From NCBI GenBank assembly GCA_029269845.2, contig CP149973.1, forward strand, positions 390,001-422,000: a stretch of 32,000 bases of DNA. Reading direction: 5' to 3'. Shown piece by piece: positions 1-7,347 of this stretch. This stretch comes from Opitutia bacterium KCR 482. Lineage in GTDB: Bacteria; Verrucomicrobiota; Verrucomicrobiia; Opitutales; Intestinicryptomonadaceae. Below the pieces are notes generated by a model that did not search any database, had not been told where the DNA came from, and saw only the letters and a list, made by a program, of their open reading frames with translations. How positions within the stretch are numbered: position 1 is the first letter of the stretch; each line of letters starts with the position of its first letter. The position numbers were made by a program, and so were the translations under genes.

Positions 1-2344
1 GAAGTCGCAGGAGGAGCTTGCGAAGGCGGAAATCGAGGCGACACTCGCAGTCCCCGCGCGTCTCGTAAACGCGTTCGCAAATGGAATCGAGCTGGCGTCA
101 GACGACATTCGCGGAAAGTTCGCAATCTCGTTCGCAAACGGCGGCGCGGTCGTGAAATCCGCCGCCCCGCTTTCGCTCACCCGCGCGTACATCAGACGCG
201 GCGGCGAGACGGTCGCCGAAAACCTCAACATTTTCGCGAACGCCGACGCGTTCATAGGCAAAACTTCGACGGCGAAAATATCGCTCGAAGCAGCCGACTC
301 GAAAACCGACAAACTCGGAATTTCCGCCGACGCCGAATACGCAAACGGCGCGGCAAAGGCGAAAATCAAAATCGGCGGAAGCATGAACGCGATTGTGGCG
401 CACATTCGCTCGATTTCGTCGATGGAGTCGCTGGGGCTTAAAATCGACGGCGAAACCGCGCTCGCATACGCCGACGGAACGGCGACGCTCGAATCGCTGG
501 CAATCGGAATTTCCGACGCAAACGGCAAAAAGGCGGCGAATATCTCCACACTTTCGAAAATCTCGTACGACACAAAAAACGGCGAGGTTTCGGCGACGTC
601 TGCGGCTCTTGCGAAAATCTCCGCGCCCGCGTTCCCCTTCTCGCTCGTAAAGCCGTTCGCGCCCGAAATCGACGCGGCAAAGGCGTCGCTGCTCGCCGAA
701 ATTTCAATGCCGCAAAAGAACGTCTACGCGTTCGACGCGGGCGTGTCGGTCGCGGCTCTCTCATATAAAAAGGGCGGAAAATTCCTCGCGCGCGGGCTGT
801 CGGTTTCGACAAACGCGAAAGGCTCGTTCGACGGAAAAACGGCGCGGGTCGAAATTCCAAAGTGCGTAATCGGCGAAAACGAAACGCCGTTCTGCACGCT
901 CGGCGCAAAGGCGGAATACGACACGGCGAAATCCGCGCCGTCGGCGGAAATAGATGCGACAGTCGCGCTCGCGCCGCTCTTCAACCAACCCGCGCTGCTC
1001 AAATATTCCAACATTTCGCGCGGCACGGCGGATATCAGGGGCGCGTACAAAAACGGCGGGTTCTCGGCGGAAATCGCGGCGCACTCGATAGCAACCCGCA
1101 CGGCGCAAAACGTGGCGGATTCGGTGGTAGCAAAGCTTTCGGGCGACGCCGAAAACATCGACGCAAAGCTCTCCATAAAAAGCACGCTCGGCGAAACAAA
1201 GGCCTCGGCGAAGCTCTCGCTGGGAGATGCAATTTCGCTCGACGCCGACGCGCCGTCGATTGTAGTAGACGACATCGCGCTTCTCGCGGGCGCGTTCAAA
1301 AACCCGAACTACACTGAAAAACAGCCCGAAGCGGGGAAATCGCAGCGCGTGGAAAAGCCCGCGCTTGCGGCCGTATCGGAGTCCAAAAAGGCGGACTCCC
1401 TCGCGAAGAAAGATGCAAAGGCTTTCTGGAATTTCGGCAAGAATCTTACAGCCTCCGCAAAGGTCGGCAAGGCGGTGTTCGGGGGCAAAACGGTGCTCGA
1501 AAAACTAGACGCAAAGGCGTCGGCGACGGAATCCAAACTCGAAGTATCGAAGCTTTCGCTCCGCGCGTTCGGGGCTGATTTCGCGGGCGCGGCGGCGGTG
1601 TCGTTCGACACAAAGCGCGAAATCCCCTACGAACTTTCCGCGACAAAACTCTCCATGGCGAACCTCGAAGTTTCGGGATTTTTCGCCGACAAAAACAAGC
1701 CGCCGATGTCGGGAATTTTCGACGCTTCGATGGAGCTGAAAGGCTCCGGGAACAACGCCGAACACTTGGCGAAATACCTTACGGGCAACGCCGAAATTAA
1801 ATCCAAAGGCGGCGGCACAATCCGCATTCTCGACAAAAATTCCGACGCGGGCGCGGCGGCTGCAATCGCAGGAAACGCGCTGTCAATCGCAGGGCAGCTG
1901 CTGGGCGGCAAGGTCAAGGAGCTGGGGGGAATCGGCGAGCTGGTGTCGCTGATGACAGAAATGAAATACACCGAGGCCGAAATAAAACTCTCGCGCAACG
2001 ACGCCGACTTCAACTTCAATTTCGATTCCGTCGAAATGAAGACAGACTCCCTCGTGTTCTCGTCGAAAGGCGGCAGGGTGCTCTTCGACCCGACCGTCGA
2101 TTTCGCGCAGCAAAAGCTCGACATTCCCGTAAACATCTACGTTGCAAGCTCGACGCGCGGGCTGTTCCAAAGCCTCGGCTACGCGAAGTCCGAATCGCCC
2201 ATGGCGGGCTACTTCAAAGGTCCCGAATTTACGGTGTCGGGGACGGTCTCGAAGCCCACAAACAACCTCATAAACGTGCTGACCTCCACGAACAACGCGG
2301 TCGGAAACGCGCTTGACAAACTCAACATCTTCAAACGCAAATGA
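1..2344 (+). CDS. AsmA-family (AsmA/TamB-like) envelope protein, 5'-truncated by the window edge
   Basis: The frame is open from base 2 (KSQEELAKAEIEATLAVPARL...), so the GTG at 152 in the track is internal. The protein has Ala/Ser/Lys-rich amphipathic beta-strand repeats. The C-terminal block (GNAEIKSKGGGTIRIL ... ADFNFNFDSVEMKTDSLVFSSKGGRVLFDP ... FTVSGTVSKPT) resembles the AsmA C-terminal region as I recall it. The TGA stop at 2342-2344 overlaps the panB ATG (ATGA). Confidence 0.6.
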   Translation, partial: KSQEELAKAEIEATLAVPARLVNAFANGIELASDDIRGKFAISFANGGAVVKSAAPLSLTRAYIRRGGETVAENLNIFANADAFIGKTSTAKISLEAADSKTDKLGISADAEYANGAAKAKIKIGGSMNAIVAHIRSISSMESLGLKIDGETALAYADGTATLESLAIGISDANGKKAANISTLSKISYDTKNGEVSATSAALAKISAPAFPFSLVKPFAPEIDAAKASLLAEISMPQKNVYAFDAGVSVAALSYKKGGKFLARGLSVSTNAKGSFDGKTARVEIPKCVIGENETPFCTLGAKAEYDTAKSAPSAEIDATVALAPLFNQPALLKYSNISRGTADIRGAYKNGGFSAEIAAHSIATRTAQNVADSVVAKLSGDAENIDAKLSIKSTLGETKASAKLSLGDAISLDADAPSIVVDDIALLAGAFKNPNYTEKQPEAGKSQRVEKPALAAVSESKKADSLAKKDAKAFWNFGKNLTASAKVGKAVFGGKTVLEKLDAKASATESKLEVSKLSLRAFGADFAGAAAVSFDTKREIPYELSATKLSMANLEVSGFFADKNKPPMSGIFDASMELKGSGNNAEHLAKYLTGNAEIKSKGGGTIRILDKNSDAGAAAAIAGNALSIAGQLLGGKVKELGGIGELVSLMTEMKYTEAEIKLSRNDADFNFNFDSVEMKTDSLVFSSKGGRVLFDPTVDFAQQKLDIPVNIYVASSTRGLFQSLGYAKSESPMAGYFKGPEFTVSGTVSKPTNNLINVLTSTNNAVGNALDKLNIFKRK

Positions 2345-3117
2345 AAAAGACAACACGAACAATCGCAAAAATGAAGGGCGTCGAAAAAATCGCGATGCTC
2401 ACAGCGTACGATACCCCAACCGCCGCGCTCGCCGACGCCGCGGGCGTCGACATCGTTTTGATTGGAGACTCGGTCGGCAACACGGTGCTCGGCTATGCTT
2501 CGACAGTCCCCGTGAAAATCGACGACATGGTGCGCCACACCGCCGCGGTGTCGCGCGCAAAGCCCGCCGCGCTAATCGTCGCCGACCTGCCATTTGCCAG
2601 CGCGCACCACAACTTCGACAGACTTCTCGACGACTGCGCGCGCCTCGTGCAGGAGGGCGGCGCGGACGCCGTGAAAATCGAGGGCGGCGCGGACATGGCG
2701 GAGAAAATTTCGCGCCTGACGAAAGCGGGAATCGCCGTCATGGGGCACATCGGGCTTGAACCCCAGCAGGTCTTGAAGCTCGGCGGATACAGGAAATTCG
2801 GGAAGACCGAGGCGGAACGCGCGAAAATTCTCGCCGACGCAAAGGCTCTCGAAGCCGCAGGAGCGTTCGTTGTCCTCATGGAAATGACCGACGCCGACTG
2901 CGCAAAGGCGATCACCGAATCGCTGTCCGTGCCCACAATCGGCATAGGCTCCGGCGCGGACTGCGACGGACAGGTGCTTGTCTCCGCAGACGTTTTGGGG
3001 CTTTCCGCAACGCCGCCGTCGTTCTCAAAACGCTACGCAAACGTGGGCGGAATAATCGAAAAGGCTTTTCGCGAATACATCGCCGACGTGCGCGGCGGAC
3101 GCTTCCCGAACAAGTAG
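2341..3117 (+). CDS. panB: 3-methyl-2-oxobutanoate hydroxymethyltransferase (ketopantoate hydroxymethyltransferase)
   Basis: The 258-aa product carries typical PanB blocks: IAMLTAYDTPTA, LIGDSVGNTVLGY, VADLPFAS, AVKIEGG, VMGHIGLEPQ, PTIGIGSG. The length is typical for PanB. Confidence 0.95.
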   Translation: MKKTTRTIAKMKGVEKIAMLTAYDTPTAALADAAGVDIVLIGDSVGNTVLGYASTVPVKIDDMVRHTAAVSRAKPAALIVADLPFASAHHNFDRLLDDCARLVQEGGADAVKIEGGADMAEKISRLTKAGIAVMGHIGLEPQQVLKLGGYRKFGKTEAERAKILADAKALEAAGAFVVLMEMTDADCAKAITESLSVPTIGIGSGADCDGQVLVSADVLGLSATPPSFSKRYANVGGIIEKAFREYIADVRGGRFPNK

Positions 3118-3606
3118 ATGAAAAAGTACGAAGTAAGAAAATCGCCGATACACGGCAACGGCGTCTTCGCCGCGTGCGACATCGCAGAGGGGGAATGGAT
3201 TATCGACTACCTCGGCGAAAAAATCGACAAGGAGGAGTCCAACCGCCGCGGGCTTGCGAACGAGGAGGCGGCAAAATCGAGCGGCGGAGGCGCGGTGTAC
3301 ATCTTCGAGCTTGACGACAAATACGACATCGACGGAAACTTCGAATACAACGACGCCCGCTTCATAAACCACGCCTGCCGCACCAACTGCGAAGCCGTAA
3401 ACGAGGACGGCACAATAAAATTCTACGCCACGCGCGACATCAAAAAAGGCGAGGAGCTTCTCTACAACTACGGCTACGCGCTCGAACACTTTCTCGACCA
3501 CCCATGCCGCTGCGGATTCCCCGAATGCGTCGGCTACATCGTGGCGGAATGGGACAGGCTGAAACTGCGCAAGCTGCTGAAAGGCAGACGCCCGAAAAAG
3601 CATTGA
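3118..3606 (+). CDS. SET-domain protein-lysine N-methyltransferase (stand-alone, cytoplasmic)
   Basis: The 162-aa product shows GNGVFA (GxG), RFINHACRTNC (NHSCxPN-type), EELLYNYGY (ELxxDY-type) and a post-SET Cys cluster CRCGFPECVGY. It has a basic C-terminal tail, KLRKLLKGRRPKKH. The ATG starts on the base after the panB TAG. Confidence 0.9.
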   Translation: MKKYEVRKSPIHGNGVFAACDIAEGEWIIDYLGEKIDKEESNRRGLANEEAAKSSGGGAVYIFELDDKYDIDGNFEYNDARFINHACRTNCEAVNEDGTIKFYATRDIKKGEELLYNYGYALEHFLDHPCRCGFPECVGYIVAEWDRLKLRKLLKGRRPKKH

Positions 3607-3631
3607 CACACCCCGAAGCTTCGGTCATAAT
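3603..3631 (+). promoter_or_regulatory. sigma70-type promoter candidate for the 813-aa gene
   Basis: TTGACA (3603-3608), a 17-nt spacer, then CATAAT (3626-3631). The ATG follows 11 nt later at 3643, and no Shine-Dalgarno sequence is visible. The spacer contains the perfect palindrome CCGAAGCTTCGG. The -35 box overlaps the SET gene stop codon. Confidence 0.45.
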
Positions 3632-3642
3632 CGAATTCCATT

Positions 3643-6084
3643 ATGACAGGAAAACATCTATTGATTGTTGGGGCACTAAGTTTAATATCCGCCATTTCTT
3701 TTGCGAATACTGAAAAATATAAATCGATTTCGGGCATCTATCCGCACCTTTCGATGTGGAACAGCGAGGGCGAATGCGGCACGGGGGCGGTCGTTCCGTG
3801 GGCGGGCAAACTCTGGGCTATAACCTACGGCCCGCACGTCGTTTTCGAGTCTGACGACAGGCTTTACGAAATCGACCAAAACCTCGACCGCGCAATCCGC
3901 CCCGAATCGCTCGGCGGAACGCACGCAAACAGGCTCGTCCACGAGGCCTCGAAACAGCTTGTAATCGGCTGCTATTTCATCGACGAAAAGGGAAACGTCC
4001 GCGCAATCGACCGCAAAAAAATGGCGGGCAGGCTCACCGGCACTGCGCGTTCGCAAACCGACGACAAAAACAAAGTCTTCTTCGCGACAATGGAGGAAGG
4101 CCTCTACGAAGTTGACGTCAACACCCTCGACGCGCGCGAAATAATCCGCGACGGCAACCTTAAACCGCACCCCGACAACGCCGACGGCAAAAAGCCGAAA
4201 AGCTCGAAGCTCCACGGCTACCACGGCAAGGGCTTCTACGCGGGATTCGGCAAGCTGTTCTACTCAAACAACGGCGTGCGGCACAAAAACGTGGACAAAG
4301 ACCCGACGCTGAAATCGGGCGCGCTCGCAAGCTGGTCGCCCGACGACAAAGACTGGACGCCGATTCGCATTTGCCAATTCACGGAAATCACGGGCAAAGA
4401 CGGAATCAAAGGCAGCTCCGCGCCCGACAAAACGCCGCTCTGGTCGCTCGGCTTCGACGCGAAATCGGTAATTTTAATGCTCTGCGAAAACGGCAAATGG
4501 CTCTCGTACCGCCTGCCGAAAGCATCGCACTCCTACGACGGCTCGCACGGCTGGAACACAGAATGGCCGCGCATTCGCGACATCGGCGAAGACGACTTCC
4601 TCATGACAATGCACGGCGCGTTCTGGAAATTCCCGCCTAACTTCGACTCGGAACACGCCAGGGGAATCAGAATGCGCTCGAACTACCTCAAAGTAGTCGG
4701 CGACTTCTGCGAATGGAACGGGAAAATCGTCCTCGGCTGCGACGACTCCGCCCAAAAGGAGTTCTACAACAAACGCCCGATGAAAGCCGAAAACTGCTCG
4801 CCCGAAAAATCTAACTCGAACCTCGTGTTTATAGACCCCGAACAGCTCGACAAGCTCGGCACGCCAATCGGGCGCGGCAGCGTGTTCCTGCGCGAAGACG
4901 CCGTGCGCGGCACGCTATCCGAACCCATGCTTGTGGGCGGTTTTTCGAAACGCGTCCTAACGCTTTCGTGCGCCAACAAAAAACCCGTCAGGGTGGCGGT
5001 GGTCTCGATCTCGGCGGACGGCTCGAAAAGCTCGAAGATCGTCGAGATTTCCGAATCCGCGCCGAAGTTCGAAACGCTCGACTCCGACGCCGAATGGGCG
5101 CAAATAGAAGCCCTCGACGACGTGTACTCACTCACCGCCCACTTCGACCTATCTTCGCCCGAAAAGCGAAAAAACCAACCCTCCACCGAATTCGACGGAA
5201 TCGCGCGGATTGAAAACGGCGCGGACTCCGTCGCCCTCATGCGCTCAACCGCCGACAAAACCCTCGCAATCGTCGCCCTCCGCAAAAACAAAAGCGGCGG
5301 CTTCGACGAAATCGGCACATACGCGCTCGACACAAACCTGAACCTCAAAGCCGCAAAGCTCGACGCAAAAACCGCGGACGCGGTGCGCTCCACAATGATA
5401 AAGCCCGAAGGCGTGAGCTTCGACGGCGGCTCCGTGCTCGTGGTCGAAGACGGCAAGCGGTACAGACTGCCGCTCGACAGGCGTTTCCTGAACATGCCGC
5501 CGAACGCGCGGGTCGCCCGCGAAGTGGCGACGGAACGCGACCTCTTCAACTGCGGCGGAACTTTCTACGAACTGCCCGCGCGCAACGCGCAGGGAATGGC
5601 GAAAATCCGCCCGATTGCCTCGCACCCCTTCGCCGTGTTCGACTACGCCTCGTTCTGCGGGCTGATGTTCATAAGCGGCATGTCCGACACCGCCGCCGCA
5701 AACAACCCGCACGTCATAGTTTCCGACGACGGCAAATTCTCGCTCTGGGCAGGCTCAATCGACGACCTCTGGAAGCTCGGCAAGCCCGTCGGCGAAGGCT
5801 GCGCGTGGCAAAACCAGGCGGTCGAAAACGGCTCTGTCTCAGACCCCTTCCTGCTGACGGGCTACGACAAAAAGACGCTGAAAATCTCCTCCGAAAATGA
5901 CGTGAAAATCGCCGTCGAAATCGACGTAGACGGCACGGGGCTTTGGCTCGAATACGGCGTGATTGACGTTAAGGGCGGCGAAGCATTCGAAAAGCTTATG
6001 CCCGAAAATTTCTCCGGCTACTGGGTGCGATTCCGCGCCCTCGGCGAGTCGCCGTCGATAACGGCGTCGCTGCTCTACGAATAG
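3643..6084 (+). CDS. secreted protein of unknown function (813 aa), possible uncharacterised carbohydrate-active enzyme
   Basis: The ORF is long and clean, with window-typical codon usage. The N-terminus MTGKHLLIVGALSLISAISFANT looks like a signal peptide. I recognise no catalytic motif. Notable blocks are YPHLSMWNSEGECGTGAVVPWAGKLWAITYGPH and SHSYDGSHGWNTEWPRIRDIG. Confidence 0.85.
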   Translation: MTGKHLLIVGALSLISAISFANTEKYKSISGIYPHLSMWNSEGECGTGAVVPWAGKLWAITYGPHVVFESDDRLYEIDQNLDRAIRPESLGGTHANRLVHEASKQLVIGCYFIDEKGNVRAIDRKKMAGRLTGTARSQTDDKNKVFFATMEEGLYEVDVNTLDAREIIRDGNLKPHPDNADGKKPKSSKLHGYHGKGFYAGFGKLFYSNNGVRHKNVDKDPTLKSGALASWSPDDKDWTPIRICQFTEITGKDGIKGSSAPDKTPLWSLGFDAKSVILMLCENGKWLSYRLPKASHSYDGSHGWNTEWPRIRDIGEDDFLMTMHGAFWKFPPNFDSEHARGIRMRSNYLKVVGDFCEWNGKIVLGCDDSAQKEFYNKRPMKAENCSPEKSNSNLVFIDPEQLDKLGTPIGRGSVFLREDAVRGTLSEPMLVGGFSKRVLTLSCANKKPVRVAVVSISADGSKSSKIVEISESAPKFETLDSDAEWAQIEALDDVYSLTAHFDLSSPEKRKNQPSTEFDGIARIENGADSVALMRSTADKTLAIVALRKNKSGGFDEIGTYALDTNLNLKAAKLDAKTADAVRSTMIKPEGVSFDGGSVLVVEDGKRYRLPLDRRFLNMPPNARVAREVATERDLFNCGGTFYELPARNAQGMAKIRPIASHPFAVFDYASFCGLMFISGMSDTAAANNPHVIVSDDGKFSLWAGSIDDLWKLGKPVGEGCAWQNQAVENGSVSDPFLLTGYDKKTLKISSENDVKIAVEIDVDGTGLWLEYGVIDVKGGEAFEKLMPENFSGYWVRFRALGESPSITASLLYE

Positions 6085-6104
6085 ACGGACGAAAATCCGA
6101 AAGC

Positions 6105-6134
6105 AAAAATGCGCGGCAAACAACCGCGCATTTT
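6105..6134. terminator. bidirectional rho-independent terminator between convergent genes
   Basis: The sequence AAAAATGCGCGG-caaacaa-CCGCGCATTTT forms an 8-bp GC-rich stem flanked by an A-run and a T-run. It sits between the 813-aa gene stop and the birA stop, which it abuts. Confidence 0.65.
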
Positions 6135-6919
6135 CATTTTACGGGGAATGCCTCCACCGCCGCGTAGAATTTCGGCGGCTCGCCGTTTTCCGAAATTCCG
6201 ATTCTGCCGAAATCGTCAACTCCGCACGCAACGCCGTCGATAATCCGCCCGCCGACGTCGAGCCGCATGCGCCTGCCGCGCAGCCAGTCGAAGCGCGAGA
6301 ATCCGCGCGACAGCCCGTCGGTCGAGACGCGCTCCGCCGCACGCAACGCCGACGCCGCGACAATCCCGCACGCCGCGTTCATCGAAACTCCGCCGGCGCT
6401 TGCGGATTCGAGGCTGTCCATCGACGCCCGCACGTCTTCGGGGGCGTCCAAGCTTCCCGAAAAGCAGTTGATGCCCGCGCCGAAAACCGCGCTCCGCGCC
6501 CCGCCGCCGACATGCAGCTCGGTTAGCATTCCGCCGATTTTCCCGCCGCGCTTCGAATAGAGGTCGTTGGGCCACTTCAAAAAAAGCTCCGCGCCGAAAG
6601 CGCGTTCGAAAGCCGCGCAAAGCTCGACGCCGCACGCCACCGTAAACGAAGACACAAGCCCCGCGTCGCGCGGAAGTTCGACCGCCACAGAAACGCAAAG
6701 CGTAGACGCGGCGTCGGAATACCAGCGGCGGTCGAGCCGCCCGCGCCCGCGCGTCTGCGTCTTTGCCGCCACGACAAACGGAGGGCGTTCGCCGCCGCGG
6801 AGCATGCGCATGGCGTCGTCGTTCGTGCTTTGCGTGGTATCGAAAAAATACAGTGCGCCGCCGAATCCCGCTTTTTCAAGCTCGGCAAGCAGTTTCGATT
6901 TTTCGAGAGTATCGGACAT
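6134..6919 (-). CDS. birA: biotin--[acetyl-CoA-carboxylase] ligase (no N-terminal HTH, group I type)
   Basis: The 261-aa product contains KTQTRGRGRLDRRWYS (the GRGRxGRxW biotin-binding loop) and KWPNDLY. Confidence 0.93.
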   Translation of the reverse strand: MSDTLEKSKLLAELEKAGFGGALYFFDTTQSTNDDAMRMLRGGERPPFVVAAKTQTRGRGRLDRRWYSDAASTLCVSVAVELPRDAGLVSSFTVACGVELCAAFERAFGAELFLKWPNDLYSKRGGKIGGMLTELHVGGGARSAVFGAGINCFSGSLDAPEDVRASMDSLESASAGGVSMNAACGIVAASALRAAERVSTDGLSRGFSRFDWLRGRRMRLDVGGRIIDGVACGVDDFGRIGISENGEPPKFYAAVEAFPVK

Positions 6920-6926
6920 GTTTTGG

Positions 6927-6956
6927 ATTATCGCAGACGCCGCAGAAGTCGGTCAA
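6927..6956 (-). promoter_or_regulatory. sigma70-type promoter placed for a leaderless birA mRNA
   Basis: The minus strand reads TTGACC, an 18-nt spacer, GATAAT, then 7 nt (ccaaaac), then ATG (6919). This is the classic leaderless geometry, and there is no SD. Confidence 0.45.
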
Positions 6957-6966
6957 GGCAAAGGCT

Positions 6967-7002
6967 AAAAAACAAAAAAACCGACATATTTTAATATGCC
7001 GG
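6967..7002 (-). terminator. rho-independent terminator after the bS22-like gene
   Basis: The minus strand reads CCGGCATAT-taaa-ATATGTCGG, a 9-bp stem with one G-U pair, followed by TTTTTTTGTTTTTT. Confidence 0.65.
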
Positions 7003-7059
7003 CTTCGCAAACTTTGCGAGCAAAAAACGCTCTGTGCGCTTTGACGGACGCTTTTGCGC

Positions 7060-7161
7060 TTAGCACGCCCACGTGCGCTTCTTATGACGATTCGCCTTTG
7101 AACGCTTCGAGCGCTTGTGCTTATTCATCTTCAATCTGCGTTTTTTCTTTAAGTTTGCCAT
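7060..7161 (-). CDS. small basic ribosomal protein, bS22 / AURKAIP1-COX24-domain type (33 aa)
   Basis: My hand translation of the minus strand is ATG GCA AAC TTA AAG ... TAA = [33 protein letters not shown]. The KKRR-x-(K/R)M-x-K(H/K)K(R/H) core resembles mycobacterial bS22 ([22 protein letters not shown]...), recalled from memory. AAGG lies 8 nt upstream of the ATG, and the gene has its own terminator. It is too short for the ORF track. Confidence 0.7.
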   Translation of the reverse strand: MANLKKKRRLKMNKHKRSKRSKANRHKKRTWAC

Positions 7162-7266
7162 TTTACTACCTTATTATTGTTTGAATATAAAGTTCTGTTT
7201 TTTTGAAAAGACAAATATAATCCGCAAAAACTCCGTTTTGTAAAGCTTTTTATTAATTTATTTTTG

Positions 7267-7290
7267 GCGCAAATAATTGCGCAAATAATC
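7267..7290 (+). promoter_or_regulatory. candidate operator upstream of the GH2 gene: 12-bp tandem GCGCAAATAAT(T/C) x2 containing the palindrome GCGCAA-ataa-TTGCGC
   Basis: The motif is seen directly at 7267-7290, about 60-80 bp upstream of the GH2 ATG. It lies in an AT-rich divergent intergenic region. No cognate regulator gene is in the window. Confidence 0.25.
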
Positions 7291-7347
7291 ATTGCCACGA
7301 CCTCAAAAAGCGATAGGCTTTTTCTTCTTCACCACAATTCTATATAT

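Noticed and set aside
6996-7184. A 62-aa plus-strand ORF in the birA-GH2 intergenic region
   Set aside because: It has Cys/Ser/Ala-rich composition and no SD. It is antisense to the bS22-like mini-gene, which has an SD, a terminator and family-like sequence.
7264-7347. N-terminal extensions offered by the ORF track: GH2 from 7264, Sel1 from 13152, alr from 15352, GH78-like from 19618, trpS from 26629, and the AsmA-like start at 152
   Set aside because: Four of the extensions (7264, 13152, 19618, 26629) start at TTG codons. They add non-native-looking residues ahead of clean ATG-initiated signal peptides or conserved N-termini. The one at 13152 would overlap a terminator. The alr extension from 15352 adds an Arg-rich, non-protein-like N-terminus. 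The AsmA-like frame is open to the window edge, so the GTG at 152 is internal.
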